This document shows positions 16,233 through 25,468 of a stretch of DNA of 64,000 nt, in pieces. Under the pieces are notes generated by a model, which did no database searches, was not told the DNA's origin, and was given only the letters and a program-made list of their open reading frames with translations. Source of the DNA: an uncultured Eubacteriales bacterium (GTDB lineage: Bacteria; Bacillota; Clostridia; Oscillospirales; CAG-382). Position 1 is the stretch's first letter; the number at the start of each line of letters is the position of its first letter. The position numbers were made by a program, and so were the translations under genes. The stretch covers positions 151,318-215,317 of the forward strand of contig CAKSEL010000003.1 of NCBI GenBank assembly GCA_934446675.1. The letters run 5' to 3'.

Positions 16233-19200
16233 ATGAAAAGGCTGTTTTCTGCTTTATCCGCGGTATTTGCATTGATTGCGCTTTCGGCTGCGGTCTGTGC
16301 TGCCGATGTTCTCCCGGATAACGGCGGAGTTTATAATATAGAATACCCCGGCGAGAGCTTCGGAGAGTATACGCTGCTTGTGATAAAGGGCGTTTACGGC
16401 GAAGATCAGCTTGAAACGCTGCTGTCGAAGTATGCGGATTCCGACGTAATGTACCGTGAATATGCCGTAGCAGACGAAAACGGACTCGTGAGATTTGATA
16501 ACATTATTCCGAGATCGTATGCAGATTCTACGGCGATAATAGGCGGCACGGGACTTGAAAAGCCGTGCATTGCGGCGATACTGCGTCCGGACGGCGCGCT
16601 TGATGCCGAAACGCTTAAATTTTCCGAGCTTGAAGACGTTTATACCGTAAGCGGAAGCCTCGGAGAGGATATTGAAATAAACCTCGAGGCGCTTACATAT
16701 GACTCTTTCGGATATCCTAGCCTTGAACAGCCGCAGACAGAATATTCCGTTTCGGGCGTCGGCGATAACAGCTCGGCGTATCTCTCGGCGGATAAAAAGA
16801 CGCTTGTCATAAACAGATACGCAAAAGATATGACGTTTGAAGTTTCCGCAAAGGCGGCGGAGCTTTCGGACAGCGTGCAAGTAAACGTAAAGAGAGCACA
16901 GAGAGTTCCTTGCGCAATAAAGGCGTATACCGACGAAGGGCTTACAAACGCTGTTTCGTCGATTACGGTACAAGGAGCCGACGGCGTGTTTTCCCCGGCA
17001 GAGCTGTATTTTGATTTTACCGATAACTTCGGCGATAAAATAGATAGCAGCGCCGTTGTCGAATGTGACGGAAAGGTTGTAACAGGAAATTTTGTGCCGG
17101 AAAAGGCAGGAACATATATACTCACGGCTTTTTCTGCGGATAACAGAAACGTTTTTGTAAATATAACGGTCGAGGCGCTGGAAAGACCGGATTATACCGG
17201 CGGCGCGCTTGAGCTTTATGAAAAAATAGCAGAGGCTAAAGAAGTTCTCGGCGGCAAAAATATAAGAATATTCGTAAGCGAAGAGAGCGGAAACGATATA
17301 TACCCCGGTACGCGCTGGACTACGGAAAGTGAGTTTAACAAGCTTTCCGCGCAGACGGATTCGGCTGAGGATACTCTGAAACGCTTTTCAAACGGTGAGA
17401 TTGCCGACAGTGTTGCAAAAGCTGCGGCGCGTAATCTGAATACAGCGCTGACCAAGTTCAATTCTTTGCTGAAGGACGGCAAGCGCATAGACGCGGATTC
17501 AATTACACTGAGCATTACCGAGGTTACTCTGGCATACGGAAAGAGCGCAACTCCGAAAGTAACCCTGTTGCCGTCAAAGAATACCGAAAAGATCACCTGG
17601 TCAAGCTCCGACGATTCGGTTGCATCGGTTTCGCAATCCGGCGTCATTAAAGCAACCGGTAAGGGCACTGCCGTTATAACGGCGCAGACAAGAAACGGTA
17701 TAAAGGCGTTCTGCACGGTTTATGCGGTGCGCCCCATAACAAAGCTCGTAACCTCCGAAACAAAGATAAGCCTCATAGTCGGCGCAAACGACTATCAGCT
17801 CTCGTACACGGCGTTCCCCGAAGATAATAACGATACCGTAAGATGGTACAGCTCAAACGAAAAGGTAGCAACGGTGTCTTATGAAGGTATGGTTCACGCG
17901 GTATCGGACGGAAGCGCAAAGATCTATGTCGAAAGTTCGGGCAAAAAGAAAGCGTATACGACCGTAAGCGTGGGACTCGGCGCGGATAAGGTTTCGTTTG
18001 TATCTGCACCGCAGACTGTTGCCGTCGGCAAGAATATAACGCTAAAGGCGTCAGCCTCAAGAATTGACGGCAGGCGTCCCATTGACAGCAAGGCTACGAT
18101 TACGCAGATAAGCGGCGAGGAATACGGTTATTACGCACCCAACGGCAAGCTGTACGGCTTAAAGCCCGGCAGGGTCGTAATGATGGCAGAGGCTGTAACG
18201 TCTCTCGATAAAGTAAGCACGGTAATTGAAATAGATATAGTTATCCCGGCGTCCGCAGTAAAGATGTCCGAGACAAAGATTTCCATGGTTGCCGGAGGAG
18301 ATGATTTTGAACTTTCCGCGGTAATTTTTCCCGAAAACAGCACCGAGAGCCTGACATGGCAAAGCTCAAATCCGAATGTTGCCGAAGTTTCCGAAGACGG
18401 CGTTGTAACCGCGCTTTCAAAGGGTACGGCAAAGATCACGGCAAGGACGGGCAGCGGAAAAACCGCAACCTGTACGGTTACTGTCGGACTCGGCGCGGAT
18501 ATGGTGGAATTTACAAGCAAAATAACCTCTGCCGCAGTCGGAAAAACGCTTGCGCTCAAGGCTGCCGCTTCGAGAGATGATAAGCAAAAGCCGGTAAGCA
18601 CGGCGGTAAGATATGAGATAATAAGCGGAAACGAATTTGCCGAAATAGACAAAAACGGAAAGCTCAAAGCTCTTGCGGTGGGAACAGTGACAGTGCGCGC
18701 ATATGCCGAGGCAAGCATAAACGGAGCATATGACGATATTGTTATAAATATTGTTGTGCCGGTAACGTCGCTTAAATTTGCTGTGTCAAAGCAGACCGCG
18801 GTTGTCGGGGACAGTCCGTTTAACCTTTATGAAATTCTCACGGTACAGCCGTTTGACAATACCGATATACTTACCTGGTCAAGCTCAAATGAAAATGTTG
18901 CGGACGTTGACGAATACGGAAATGTAACCGCGCTTTCAAAGGGCACGGCAAAAATTACCGTAATGAGCGGTTCGGGAAAGAGAGCGGTATGCACGTTTAC
19001 TGTCGGACTGGGTGCCGATTCGGTTAAAATAACAAAGCCGTCGTCGCTGTCGTTAGCAGCAGGAAAAACGCTTAAGCTTAAAGCGTCGGCTGTAAGGGAA
19101 GATTCGCAGAAACCGGTTTCGTCGGATGTAATCTGGGAAAGCTCCGATGAGTCGATAGCGACGATTGACGCGCGCGGCAAGGTTACGGCGTCGCACAATT

Positions 19201-20048
19201 ACGGCAGCGTCACGTTCACGGCGTTCGCAAAGTGCGGCACGGGTTCCGACAGCATAACGATAGATGTTGTCCCCGAACTTTACAGCCTTAAAGCGCAGAG
19301 CACCGTTGTAAGCATGGAAGAGGGACAGAGCGTTGAAATCCTGCCGATGTTGACTGTCACAGCGCGCGACGGTGAAATTATTGACGTACAAACCTATTGC
19401 GAGGTTACGTATAAGAGTACCTCTGCCGCAATAGTTTCGGTATCCTCCGACGGTATTGCCGAGGGTATCAAAAAGGGCAGAACTACGGTAAAAGTCACCG
19501 TAAAGTGCGCGTCGGTCACAAAGAGCATTACAATTACATTTAATATAACCGAACCGTCTGCTGACAGCTTCGGCGAAGAGAAAATCCCGGATAACGAAGA
19601 TAATTCGGACAACGAAATTCCCGATAATGCGGATAATTTGGACAACTCCGATAATGCAGAAATACCTGAGGATATAACAAAACCCGAAATCCCCGAAAAC
19701 GGCGAAAATTCCGGCAGTGACGGCGAAAATACGCTGCCCGAAACGTCCGATAATGACACCGCTGACGGTACGGACGGTGCCGAAAACGCACAAGATGCGG
19801 ACAGTAACGATAAAACCGGCAATGCGGATAATCCGGAGGGCACGGGAAATACGGAAACCGCGGACAATGAGAAAGATTACGAAAATTCCGGAGACGTGAA
19901 AGACCGGCAGGGCGAAAATGCCGGAAGTACGGAAAGTTCCGCAAACCCCGAAAACGCAGAAAGCTACGAAACTGTGGAAAACACGGATTTTACGGACAGT
20001 TCCGTTCTGCCGGAAAGCGCGGCTGAATTTGCACTGAGCACGTGTTAA
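16233..20048 (+). CDS. Large secreted protein with multiple bacterial Ig-like (Big_2) domains and acidic low-complexity C-terminus
   Basis: Signal peptide present. At least five repeats of the Big_2 signature (ITWSSSDDSVASVSQSGVIKATGKGTAVITA; RWYSSNEKVATVSYEGMVHAVSDGSAKIYV; TWQSSNPNVAEVSEDGVVTALSKGTAKITA; and others). The last ~160 aa are rich in D/N/E/G/T/S. Confidence 0.85.
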   Translation: MKRLFSALSAVFALIALSAAVCAADVLPDNGGVYNIEYPGESFGEYTLLVIKGVYGEDQLETLLSKYADSDVMYREYAVADENGLVRFDNIIPRSYADSTAIIGGTGLEKPCIAAILRPDGALDAETLKFSELEDVYTVSGSLGEDIEINLEALTYDSFGYPSLEQPQTEYSVSGVGDNSSAYLSADKKTLVINRYAKDMTFEVSAKAAELSDSVQVNVKRAQRVPCAIKAYTDEGLTNAVSSITVQGADGVFSPAELYFDFTDNFGDKIDSSAVVECDGKVVTGNFVPEKAGTYILTAFSADNRNVFVNITVEALERPDYTGGALELYEKIAEAKEVLGGKNIRIFVSEESGNDIYPGTRWTTESEFNKLSAQTDSAEDTLKRFSNGEIADSVAKAAARNLNTALTKFNSLLKDGKRIDADSITLSITEVTLAYGKSATPKVTLLPSKNTEKITWSSSDDSVASVSQSGVIKATGKGTAVITAQTRNGIKAFCTVYAVRPITKLVTSETKISLIVGANDYQLSYTAFPEDNNDTVRWYSSNEKVATVSYEGMVHAVSDGSAKIYVESSGKKKAYTTVSVGLGADKVSFVSAPQTVAVGKNITLKASASRIDGRRPIDSKATITQISGEEYGYYAPNGKLYGLKPGRVVMMAEAVTSLDKVSTVIEIDIVIPASAVKMSETKISMVAGGDDFELSAVIFPENSTESLTWQSSNPNVAEVSEDGVVTALSKGTAKITARTGSGKTATCTVTVGLGADMVEFTSKITSAAVGKTLALKAAASRDDKQKPVSTAVRYEIISGNEFAEIDKNGKLKALAVGTVTVRAYAEASINGAYDDIVINIVVPVTSLKFAVSKQTAVVGDSPFNLYEILTVQPFDNTDILTWSSSNENVADVDEYGNVTALSKGTAKITVMSGSGKRAVCTFTVGLGADSVKITKPSSLSLAAGKTLKLKASAVREDSQKPVSSDVIWESSDESIATIDARGKVTASHNYGSVTFTAFAKCGTGSDSITIDVVPELYSLKAQSTVVSMEEGQSVEILPMLTVTARDGEIIDVQTYCEVTYKSTSAAIVSVSSDGIAEGIKKGRTTVKVTVKCASVTKSITITFNITEPSADSFGEEKIPDNEDNSDNEIPDNADNLDNSDNAEIPEDITKPEIPENGENSGSDGENTLPETSDNDTADGTDGAENAQDADSNDKTGNADNPEGTGNTETADNEKDYENSGDVKDRQGENAGSTESSANPENAESYETVENTDFTDSSVLPESAAEFALSTC

Positions 20049-20116
20049 GCGTAAATTAAAACGTATACTCCAATTTAAGCATAAAACTTATACGATTATT
20101 ATTTAGGAGAGAGAAC

Positions 20117-21508
20117 ATGAACAACAGACATTCAAGGCTGTTTGCAGCCGCATTGATTGCGGTGAGCGCCGCAGTCTGCACCGGTGTGTGCGCATTTGCC
20201 GCAGAGGACGCATTTACGGCAGAGCAGGCACATGAAACGGAGCAAAAGGACGTTCCCGAAATAACCGAAACTGCAGATGAAGTGAGCGTAGAGCCGTCTG
20301 AAACCGCCGGACTTTTTGCCGATTCAAACGGACTTACTTATACTCTTAACGAAAGCGATAAAACAGCCTCTGTCGGCGGACTGAAACGCGACTATAATAC
20401 GTCGGGATATTCTTCCTCGGACGGTAATCTTTCGGTTCCGATGACTGTTACATTTGACGGCACGTCGTATAAGGTAACAGGGATAGAATCCTATGCCTTT
20501 GCTTACTGCAAGGATCTGAAAAGCATAACTTTGAGATATAATATTGCCGAGATCGGCAGCGGAGCATTTGCGGGCTGCGAAAATCTTACCAAAATATCTC
20601 TCTCGCCCACAACAAACCGTTATTTCAAAGTCTCCTCCGACGGAACATATCTCTGCAATAAGAGCGGAGATACGCTTATTGCATATGCCGACGGTACGGG
20701 CAGAGAAACTTTCGGTATTCCGTCGGGCATAAAGACTGTTGCCGCAGGAGCGTTTGAGGGAACAAAGAACCTTAAGACCTTAAATGTTTCGGGCACTGAA
20801 AAGATCGAGCCGTTTGCCTTTGCAGACAGCAGTATAAAGTCTCTTGTATGCAGCGCCGACGCCATAGAGGACGGAACTTTTGCGCAGGGCAAAATAGAAT
20901 GTGTTGCGATAATGTCGCAATCTCTTTCCAAGATCGGCAGAGCTGCGTTCTATAACTGCAAAAATCTTAAAACGCTTATAATTCCGGGCGTTGAGGTGCT
21001 GTCCGAGGACGCGCTTTACGGCTGTTCGGCTCTTGAACGCATAGTTTTTGCGACGGCGCCGGATGAGATAAAGGACGGCGCTTTTTACGGAATACCGTCG
21101 TCGTGTAAGCTTGTCTATAAGACGGGCAGTACCGTTTTTGACAGCTATAAATCAAAATTTGCGTCGGAAATCTATACTTCCGGCAGCTTTAAGTATCAGA
21201 ATTCCGTTTCGGACGCGGTTCTGACAGGAGAAGCCTTCCTGTGCCGCAAGGCGGATAATTCTTCGGACGTTTACTTTGCGGTATATAACGGTACAAATGC
21301 ATCTGAGACCGTAACGGCTTACGTTGCGTTCTATACGGACGATAACAGAATGTGCGGTGCGGCGGTCACGGAGCCGACAGAGCTTGCCGCGTATGAATCG
21401 CATACGTTTTCGGTAAGTGCGCCGTCGGAGTTTTCACGCTATACGGTGATACTTCTTGACGAAAATCTTTCTCCTCTCGGAATTGTGCTCGGAGATACGG
21501 CGGACTGA
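20117..21508 (+). CDS. Secreted BspA-type leucine-rich repeat protein
   Basis: Signal peptide present. Repeats such as IESYAFAYCKDLKSITL, IGSGAFAGCENLTKISL, VAAGAFEGTKNLKTLNV and IGRAAFYNCKNLKTLII. Confidence 0.8.
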   Translation: MNNRHSRLFAAALIAVSAAVCTGVCAFAAEDAFTAEQAHETEQKDVPEITETADEVSVEPSETAGLFADSNGLTYTLNESDKTASVGGLKRDYNTSGYSSSDGNLSVPMTVTFDGTSYKVTGIESYAFAYCKDLKSITLRYNIAEIGSGAFAGCENLTKISLSPTTNRYFKVSSDGTYLCNKSGDTLIAYADGTGRETFGIPSGIKTVAAGAFEGTKNLKTLNVSGTEKIEPFAFADSSIKSLVCSADAIEDGTFAQGKIECVAIMSQSLSKIGRAAFYNCKNLKTLIIPGVEVLSEDALYGCSALERIVFATAPDEIKDGAFYGIPSSCKLVYKTGSTVFDSYKSKFASEIYTSGSFKYQNSVSDAVLTGEAFLCRKADNSSDVYFAVYNGTNASETVTAYVAFYTDDNRMCGAAVTEPTELAAYESHTFSVSAPSEFSRYTVILLDENLSPLGIVLGDTAD

Positions 21509-21528
21509 AATATTTGTGTAAATACATG

Positions 21529-21557
21529 ACCGGTGCAGTAGAATACACCGGTTTTTG
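21529..21557 (+). terminator. Intrinsic terminator
   Basis: ACCGGTG (21529-21535) / CACCGGT (21546-21552) followed by TTTTT. Confidence 0.65.
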
Positions 21558-21648
21558 TGTTGCTTTTTCGGAATGTTTGTGATAGAATAAATCGACAAAA
21601 CCGTTTGTGGCGGAAAAGGTGTCAAATGAGAAAGGTCGTGGATCATAA

Positions 21649-23001
21649 ATGAAGGCAATACAGTTTGAAACAACGCAGAGCTTTTTTATGCGCAGCTATC
21701 CGCTGCAGCCCACGGGAGGCAGAATGTGCGGCGTTGACGTTATTAATACGGCAGAAACTCCGAATGACGGAAATTTCGGCGGCTTTGGCGTTGCGGTCAC
21801 GGGCAGCTCGTGCTATAACCTTAATTTAATGTCCCCTGAGGACAGAAACGCTTTTCTTAAAAGCATATATTCCGAAGACGGGCTCGGACTTTCGGTGTGC
21901 AGGCTCAGCATAGGTTCAAGCGATTATTCCGCAGAACTTTATACGTATGACGACGTGGAATCCGATACGGCTCTCGAACATTTTTCCGTTGAAAGAGACG
22001 ACGGATATATTGTGCCCGTAATAAATGAGATACTTTCTATAAGACCGGATATGTATGTCTTTGCGTCTCCCTGGTCGCCTCCCGGCTGGATGAAAACCGG
22101 CGGTTCGATATGCGGCGGATTTATGCGCGAAGAATTTATAAACTGCTACGCCGATTATATCATACGCTTTATAGAAGAATATGCAAAACGCGGAATAAAG
22201 ATAGACGCGCTTACCGCGCAGAACGAACCCGAAACCGATCAGTGCGGAAAAATGCCCACCTGTATCTGGCACCCGGATATTGAGGCAAAGTTTATAATCG
22301 CATTAAAGAAGAAACTCGTAAGCCGCGGCATTGACGTTAAAGTATGGATGCATGACCACAATTTCAGCGGCTGGCCGAAGGTGCTCTGGCAGCTCGGCAA
22401 ATATCCGGAGCTTGCAAAAAGCTGCGACGGCGTAGCGTTCCATTATTACGAAGGCGCGCCCGAGGACACCGATAACGTAATGCGCGAATACCCGTCTCTC
22501 GAATGGCATTTTACCGAAGGCGGACCGAGACTCTATGACAATTACGCAGCGGATTGGTGCAAGTGGTCAACGATACTTTCAAGGTCGCTGAAACACGGCT
22601 GTACTACGTTTACCGGCTGGAATCTTATGCTTGACGAAGTCGGCGGACCGAATATCGGACCTTTCTTCTGCGGAGGGCTTGCCACGCGCAACAGTGTGAG
22701 CGGAGAGCTTAGTTACAGCGGACAGTACCGTGCTTTTTGCCACTATTCAAAATATATAAAGCGCGGTGCGCGGATATATAACGCCGATACTTCAAGAAAG
22801 GCAAACAGCCTGTTCAGCTTTGCGGATTCCGCAAAATTTGCCGAAGTGTGCGCCGCGTCAAATCCTGACGGTACGTTTGTGCTGGTTGTGACCAATCCTA
22901 ACGGCGAAAAGCGCCAGTTACAGTATTACGGATTCGGAAAATGGTGGTACATCGAGGCGCTGCCCAACTCCGTTTCAACAATAGTTTTTGAAAACGACTG
23001 A
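21649..23001 (+). CDS. Glycoside hydrolase family 30 (glucosylceramidase-like)
   Basis: FGGFGVAVTGSSCYNL, SIGSSDYS, ASPWSPPGWMK, LTAQNEPE (acid/base Glu region), WMHDHN and FHYY are typical GH30 blocks. Confidence 0.8.
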   Translation: MKAIQFETTQSFFMRSYPLQPTGGRMCGVDVINTAETPNDGNFGGFGVAVTGSSCYNLNLMSPEDRNAFLKSIYSEDGLGLSVCRLSIGSSDYSAELYTYDDVESDTALEHFSVERDDGYIVPVINEILSIRPDMYVFASPWSPPGWMKTGGSICGGFMREEFINCYADYIIRFIEEYAKRGIKIDALTAQNEPETDQCGKMPTCIWHPDIEAKFIIALKKKLVSRGIDVKVWMHDHNFSGWPKVLWQLGKYPELAKSCDGVAFHYYEGAPEDTDNVMREYPSLEWHFTEGGPRLYDNYAADWCKWSTILSRSLKHGCTTFTGWNLMLDEVGGPNIGPFFCGGLATRNSVSGELSYSGQYRAFCHYSKYIKRGARIYNADTSRKANSLFSFADSAKFAEVCAASNPDGTFVLVVTNPNGEKRQLQYYGFGKWWYIEALPNSVSTIVFEND

Positions 23002-23044
23002 TTTTTGCTTTTATAAAAATTACGAAAGGAACGTGTTTTAAAAG

Positions 23045-24127
23045 TTGAGAAATTCCAACCATACTACCCTTGCCGCAGTGCTTATAGTGCTTGCGCTGTT
23101 TGCAAATTACAGCATATATTCAAAGATAATCACCGATACTCTGCCCAAAGCCGAATATACCGAACCGCAGAATACAGAGCTTACGGCGGCTCAGAAGGCG
23201 GAGCTTGAGAGAAAACAGCGCGAAGAAGATATACTTAATAATTATACGGGTCTTACCGCGACAGGGAACGATACAAAGTGCGGCGAGCTTATTCTCGTAA
23301 ACAAACAGCACCTGTTCGATTTTGACGCAAGGGCGACGCTTTTTGAAACCGAACTTCCAGAGAGCATATATCAGAAAAAGACCGATAATTACTATGTAAA
23401 AAATGTAAATATCTCTCTCAATCAAAGCGCGATTGAAGCACTCAATAAGCTTCTTGACGATTTTGCCGCCGAGACCGGACACAAGGATATAATCATAGTG
23501 GACGCATTTCGTTCCTATGAAACGCAGCAGGTGGTTCTTGACGCAAAGATCGCGCAGTACGGCGAGGAACAGGGCAGACTTATCGCAACCGAACCCGGCG
23601 CAAGCGAGCATCATTCGGGATACGCGATAGATCTCAGCCTTTATATAAACTCGCAGCAGCTCGACTACGACGGCACGGGAGATTATGAGTGGATAACCCA
23701 AAACTGCGCAAAATACGGCTTTGTAATACGCTATCCCGAAGGAAAAACAAATATTACGGAGATAGACTATGAGCCGTGGCACTTAAGATACGTCGGAATT
23801 CCGCACGCAAAGTATATGACCGAGAATAATCTCTGCCTTGAGGAATATATCGAAAAGCTTGCGCTTTACCCGATAGACAGCGAAAGACTTAAAATTACCG
23901 ATTACGACGGCAATAATTACGAGGTGTATTCCGTCGGCGTTCCGTCGGATGGTTCAGAGATAAAGGTGCCGAAAAATAAGCCGTATACGCTGTCCGGAGA
24001 TAATGCCGGACATATAATAGTCACGGTTTCGGAAAACGCGCAGACCGCACAGAACGGCGAATCTCCGTCACAGTCCGTGGATAGCGCGCAAAGCTCCGAT
24101 AACACGGAAAACGTGACAGTCGGCTGA
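23045..24127 (+). CDS. M15B (VanY-type) D-alanyl-D-alanine carboxypeptidase, membrane anchored
   Basis: N-terminal TM segment. SEHHSGYAIDL and EPWHLRYVG zinc-ligand motifs. The TTG start is taken from the track, so the start is uncertain. Confidence 0.8.
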   Translation: MRNSNHTTLAAVLIVLALFANYSIYSKIITDTLPKAEYTEPQNTELTAAQKAELERKQREEDILNNYTGLTATGNDTKCGELILVNKQHLFDFDARATLFETELPESIYQKKTDNYYVKNVNISLNQSAIEALNKLLDDFAAETGHKDIIIVDAFRSYETQQVVLDAKIAQYGEEQGRLIATEPGASEHHSGYAIDLSLYINSQQLDYDGTGDYEWITQNCAKYGFVIRYPEGKTNITEIDYEPWHLRYVGIPHAKYMTENNLCLEEYIEKLALYPIDSERLKITDYDGNNYEVYSVGVPSDGSEIKVPKNKPYTLSGDNAGHIIVTVSENAQTAQNGESPSQSVDSAQSSDNTENVTVG

Positions 24128-24163
24128 CGGATACGGAATATTTAATACGGCTTAAATTAAAAT

Positions 24164-25102
24164 ATGAAAGATATAAACAGTATAAACGCAAGAATTCTCG
24201 ACAGACTTTCGCTTTATCTCAATTTAATGCCGGACGCGGTGACAAAAGAGCAGCTTTTTGAGTTTGCGGGGCAAAACGCGTCGGAAGAACAGCTTGAATA
24301 TGCCTTCGGCTGTCTGCTTTCGTCGTACTGCGCGCTTGATACGGACGACGGCGCGGATATGCGCATTTTCCGCGATTGTTTTACAAAAATTCCGCGTCTG
24401 CTTGACGTTTCTGAGTATAAAAACGACAAATATTTCAAGCTCATCGAATTTCCCGAACATAAACGCGGCGCATGGGAGTTCAGAAAGCAGAAATTCAAGC
24501 CCTGCGAGGCTTTTCTGTATGACGAAACACGAGTCTGTCCCGACGGACTTCTCAAACCCTGTATAGGATTTTTCACGGAGGAGTTTGAGTACCCTGCCGT
24601 ACTCCAGAACGGCAGAGAATGGATAACCGTAACTCCGCACGAGATAAACACCACAAAGCCGGCGCTTGACGCCTGCTTCGGAAACGTGCTCACCTACGGC
24701 TTGGGATTCGGGTATTTCACTTTGCTTGCGTCTTTAAAGAAAAATGTAAACAGCGTTACGGTTGTCGAGCTTGACGCGGACGCGGTGAGCCTTTTTAAGG
24801 AGTATATTCTTCCGCAGTTTCCCGACAAGGACAAGGTGCGCATTGTAAATGAGGACGCGTTTGAGTTTGCGGCGGATAAAAACAAAAGCTCCGGCTTTGA
24901 TTTTGTGTTCGCGGATATATGGCACGATCCGTCCGACGGCGTGGGAATGTACGAAAAATTCAAAATTCTCGAAAACCGCGGTTCCGGTACGCGTTACTGC
25001 TATTGGATAGAAAAAACGCTGAAGTGGTATATTGCTCATAACACTCAAAATGATCTATCCTGCGCTCCCGGCGCAAATTTTGAGGTTTTTGGAACCCGAT
25101 AA
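24164..25102 (+). CDS. Spermine/spermidine-synthase-like class I methyltransferase-fold protein (function unknown)
   Basis: VLTYGLGFGYFTLLA (glycine-rich SAM-loop-like), VTVVELDADAV, FDFVFADIWHDPSDG. Confidence 0.55.
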   Translation: MKDINSINARILDRLSLYLNLMPDAVTKEQLFEFAGQNASEEQLEYAFGCLLSSYCALDTDDGADMRIFRDCFTKIPRLLDVSEYKNDKYFKLIEFPEHKRGAWEFRKQKFKPCEAFLYDETRVCPDGLLKPCIGFFTEEFEYPAVLQNGREWITVTPHEINTTKPALDACFGNVLTYGLGFGYFTLLASLKKNVNSVTVVELDADAVSLFKEYILPQFPDKDKVRIVNEDAFEFAADKNKSSGFDFVFADIWHDPSDGVGMYEKFKILENRGSGTRYCYWIEKTLKWYIAHNTQNDLSCAPGANFEVFGTR

Positions 25103-25199
25103 AACCTATCATTTATGTATGCTTTGTACAAAATCACATCGCTTAAAAGCCGATGTTTGTCCGCGTATGTACAAAATGCGAAAGTTTGCATAAATGCTA

Positions 25200-25228
25200 T
25201 TGACAAAAAGTGCATGGAGTGGTAAAAT
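25200..25228 (+). promoter_or_regulatory. SigmaA-type promoter of the metNIQ leader
   Basis: TTGACA (25200-25205), 17 nt, TAAAAT (25223-25228). Confidence 0.65.
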
Positions 25229-25283
25229 ACATAGCGTAATCAAGAAACGGCAGAACAAAAGCCGAAAACACGAGGTAACGGAC

Positions 25284-25388
25284 ATGACAGCAAGACGAAT
25301 GTGCGAAATGGATATGCATATGTACACAGCTATGTGTATGTACCTTGACGCGCAGAAAAATAAACGTCCCTTACCGAAAGAGGCATAA
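25284..25388 (+). CDS. Candidate Met/Cys-rich leader peptide (34 codons) of the metNIQ operon
   Basis: RBS GAGG 8 nt upstream of the ATG. The peptide is MTARRMCEMDMHMYTAMCMYLDAQKNKRPLPKEA, with 7 Met and 2 Cys in the first 19 codons. It lies between the promoter and an intrinsic terminator. Confidence 0.45.
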   Translation: MTARRMCEMDMHMYTAMCMYLDAQKNKRPLPKEA

Positions 25389-25415
25389 TCTTAGTTGCGG
25401 TAAACTGAAATTTTT

Positions 25416-25451
25416 GGGCAGGAGACGTATTCGCTTTCCTGTCCTTTTTTT
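25416..25451 (+). terminator. Leader (attenuator) terminator upstream of metN
   Basis: GGGCAGGA (25416-25423) / TCCTGTCC (25437-25444, one G-U pair) followed by T7. It ends 17 nt before the metN start. Confidence 0.7.
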
Positions 25452-25468
25452 ATGAGAGGAAGAGAGAC

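Noticed and set aside
25235-25415. SAM-I (S-box) riboswitch or Met T-box upstream of metNIQ
   Set aside because: Neither the conserved S-box core nor the T-box GGTGGTACCGCG / AGAGA elements could be found by eye. The region is instead reported as a leader-peptide candidate. A covariance-model search is still needed.
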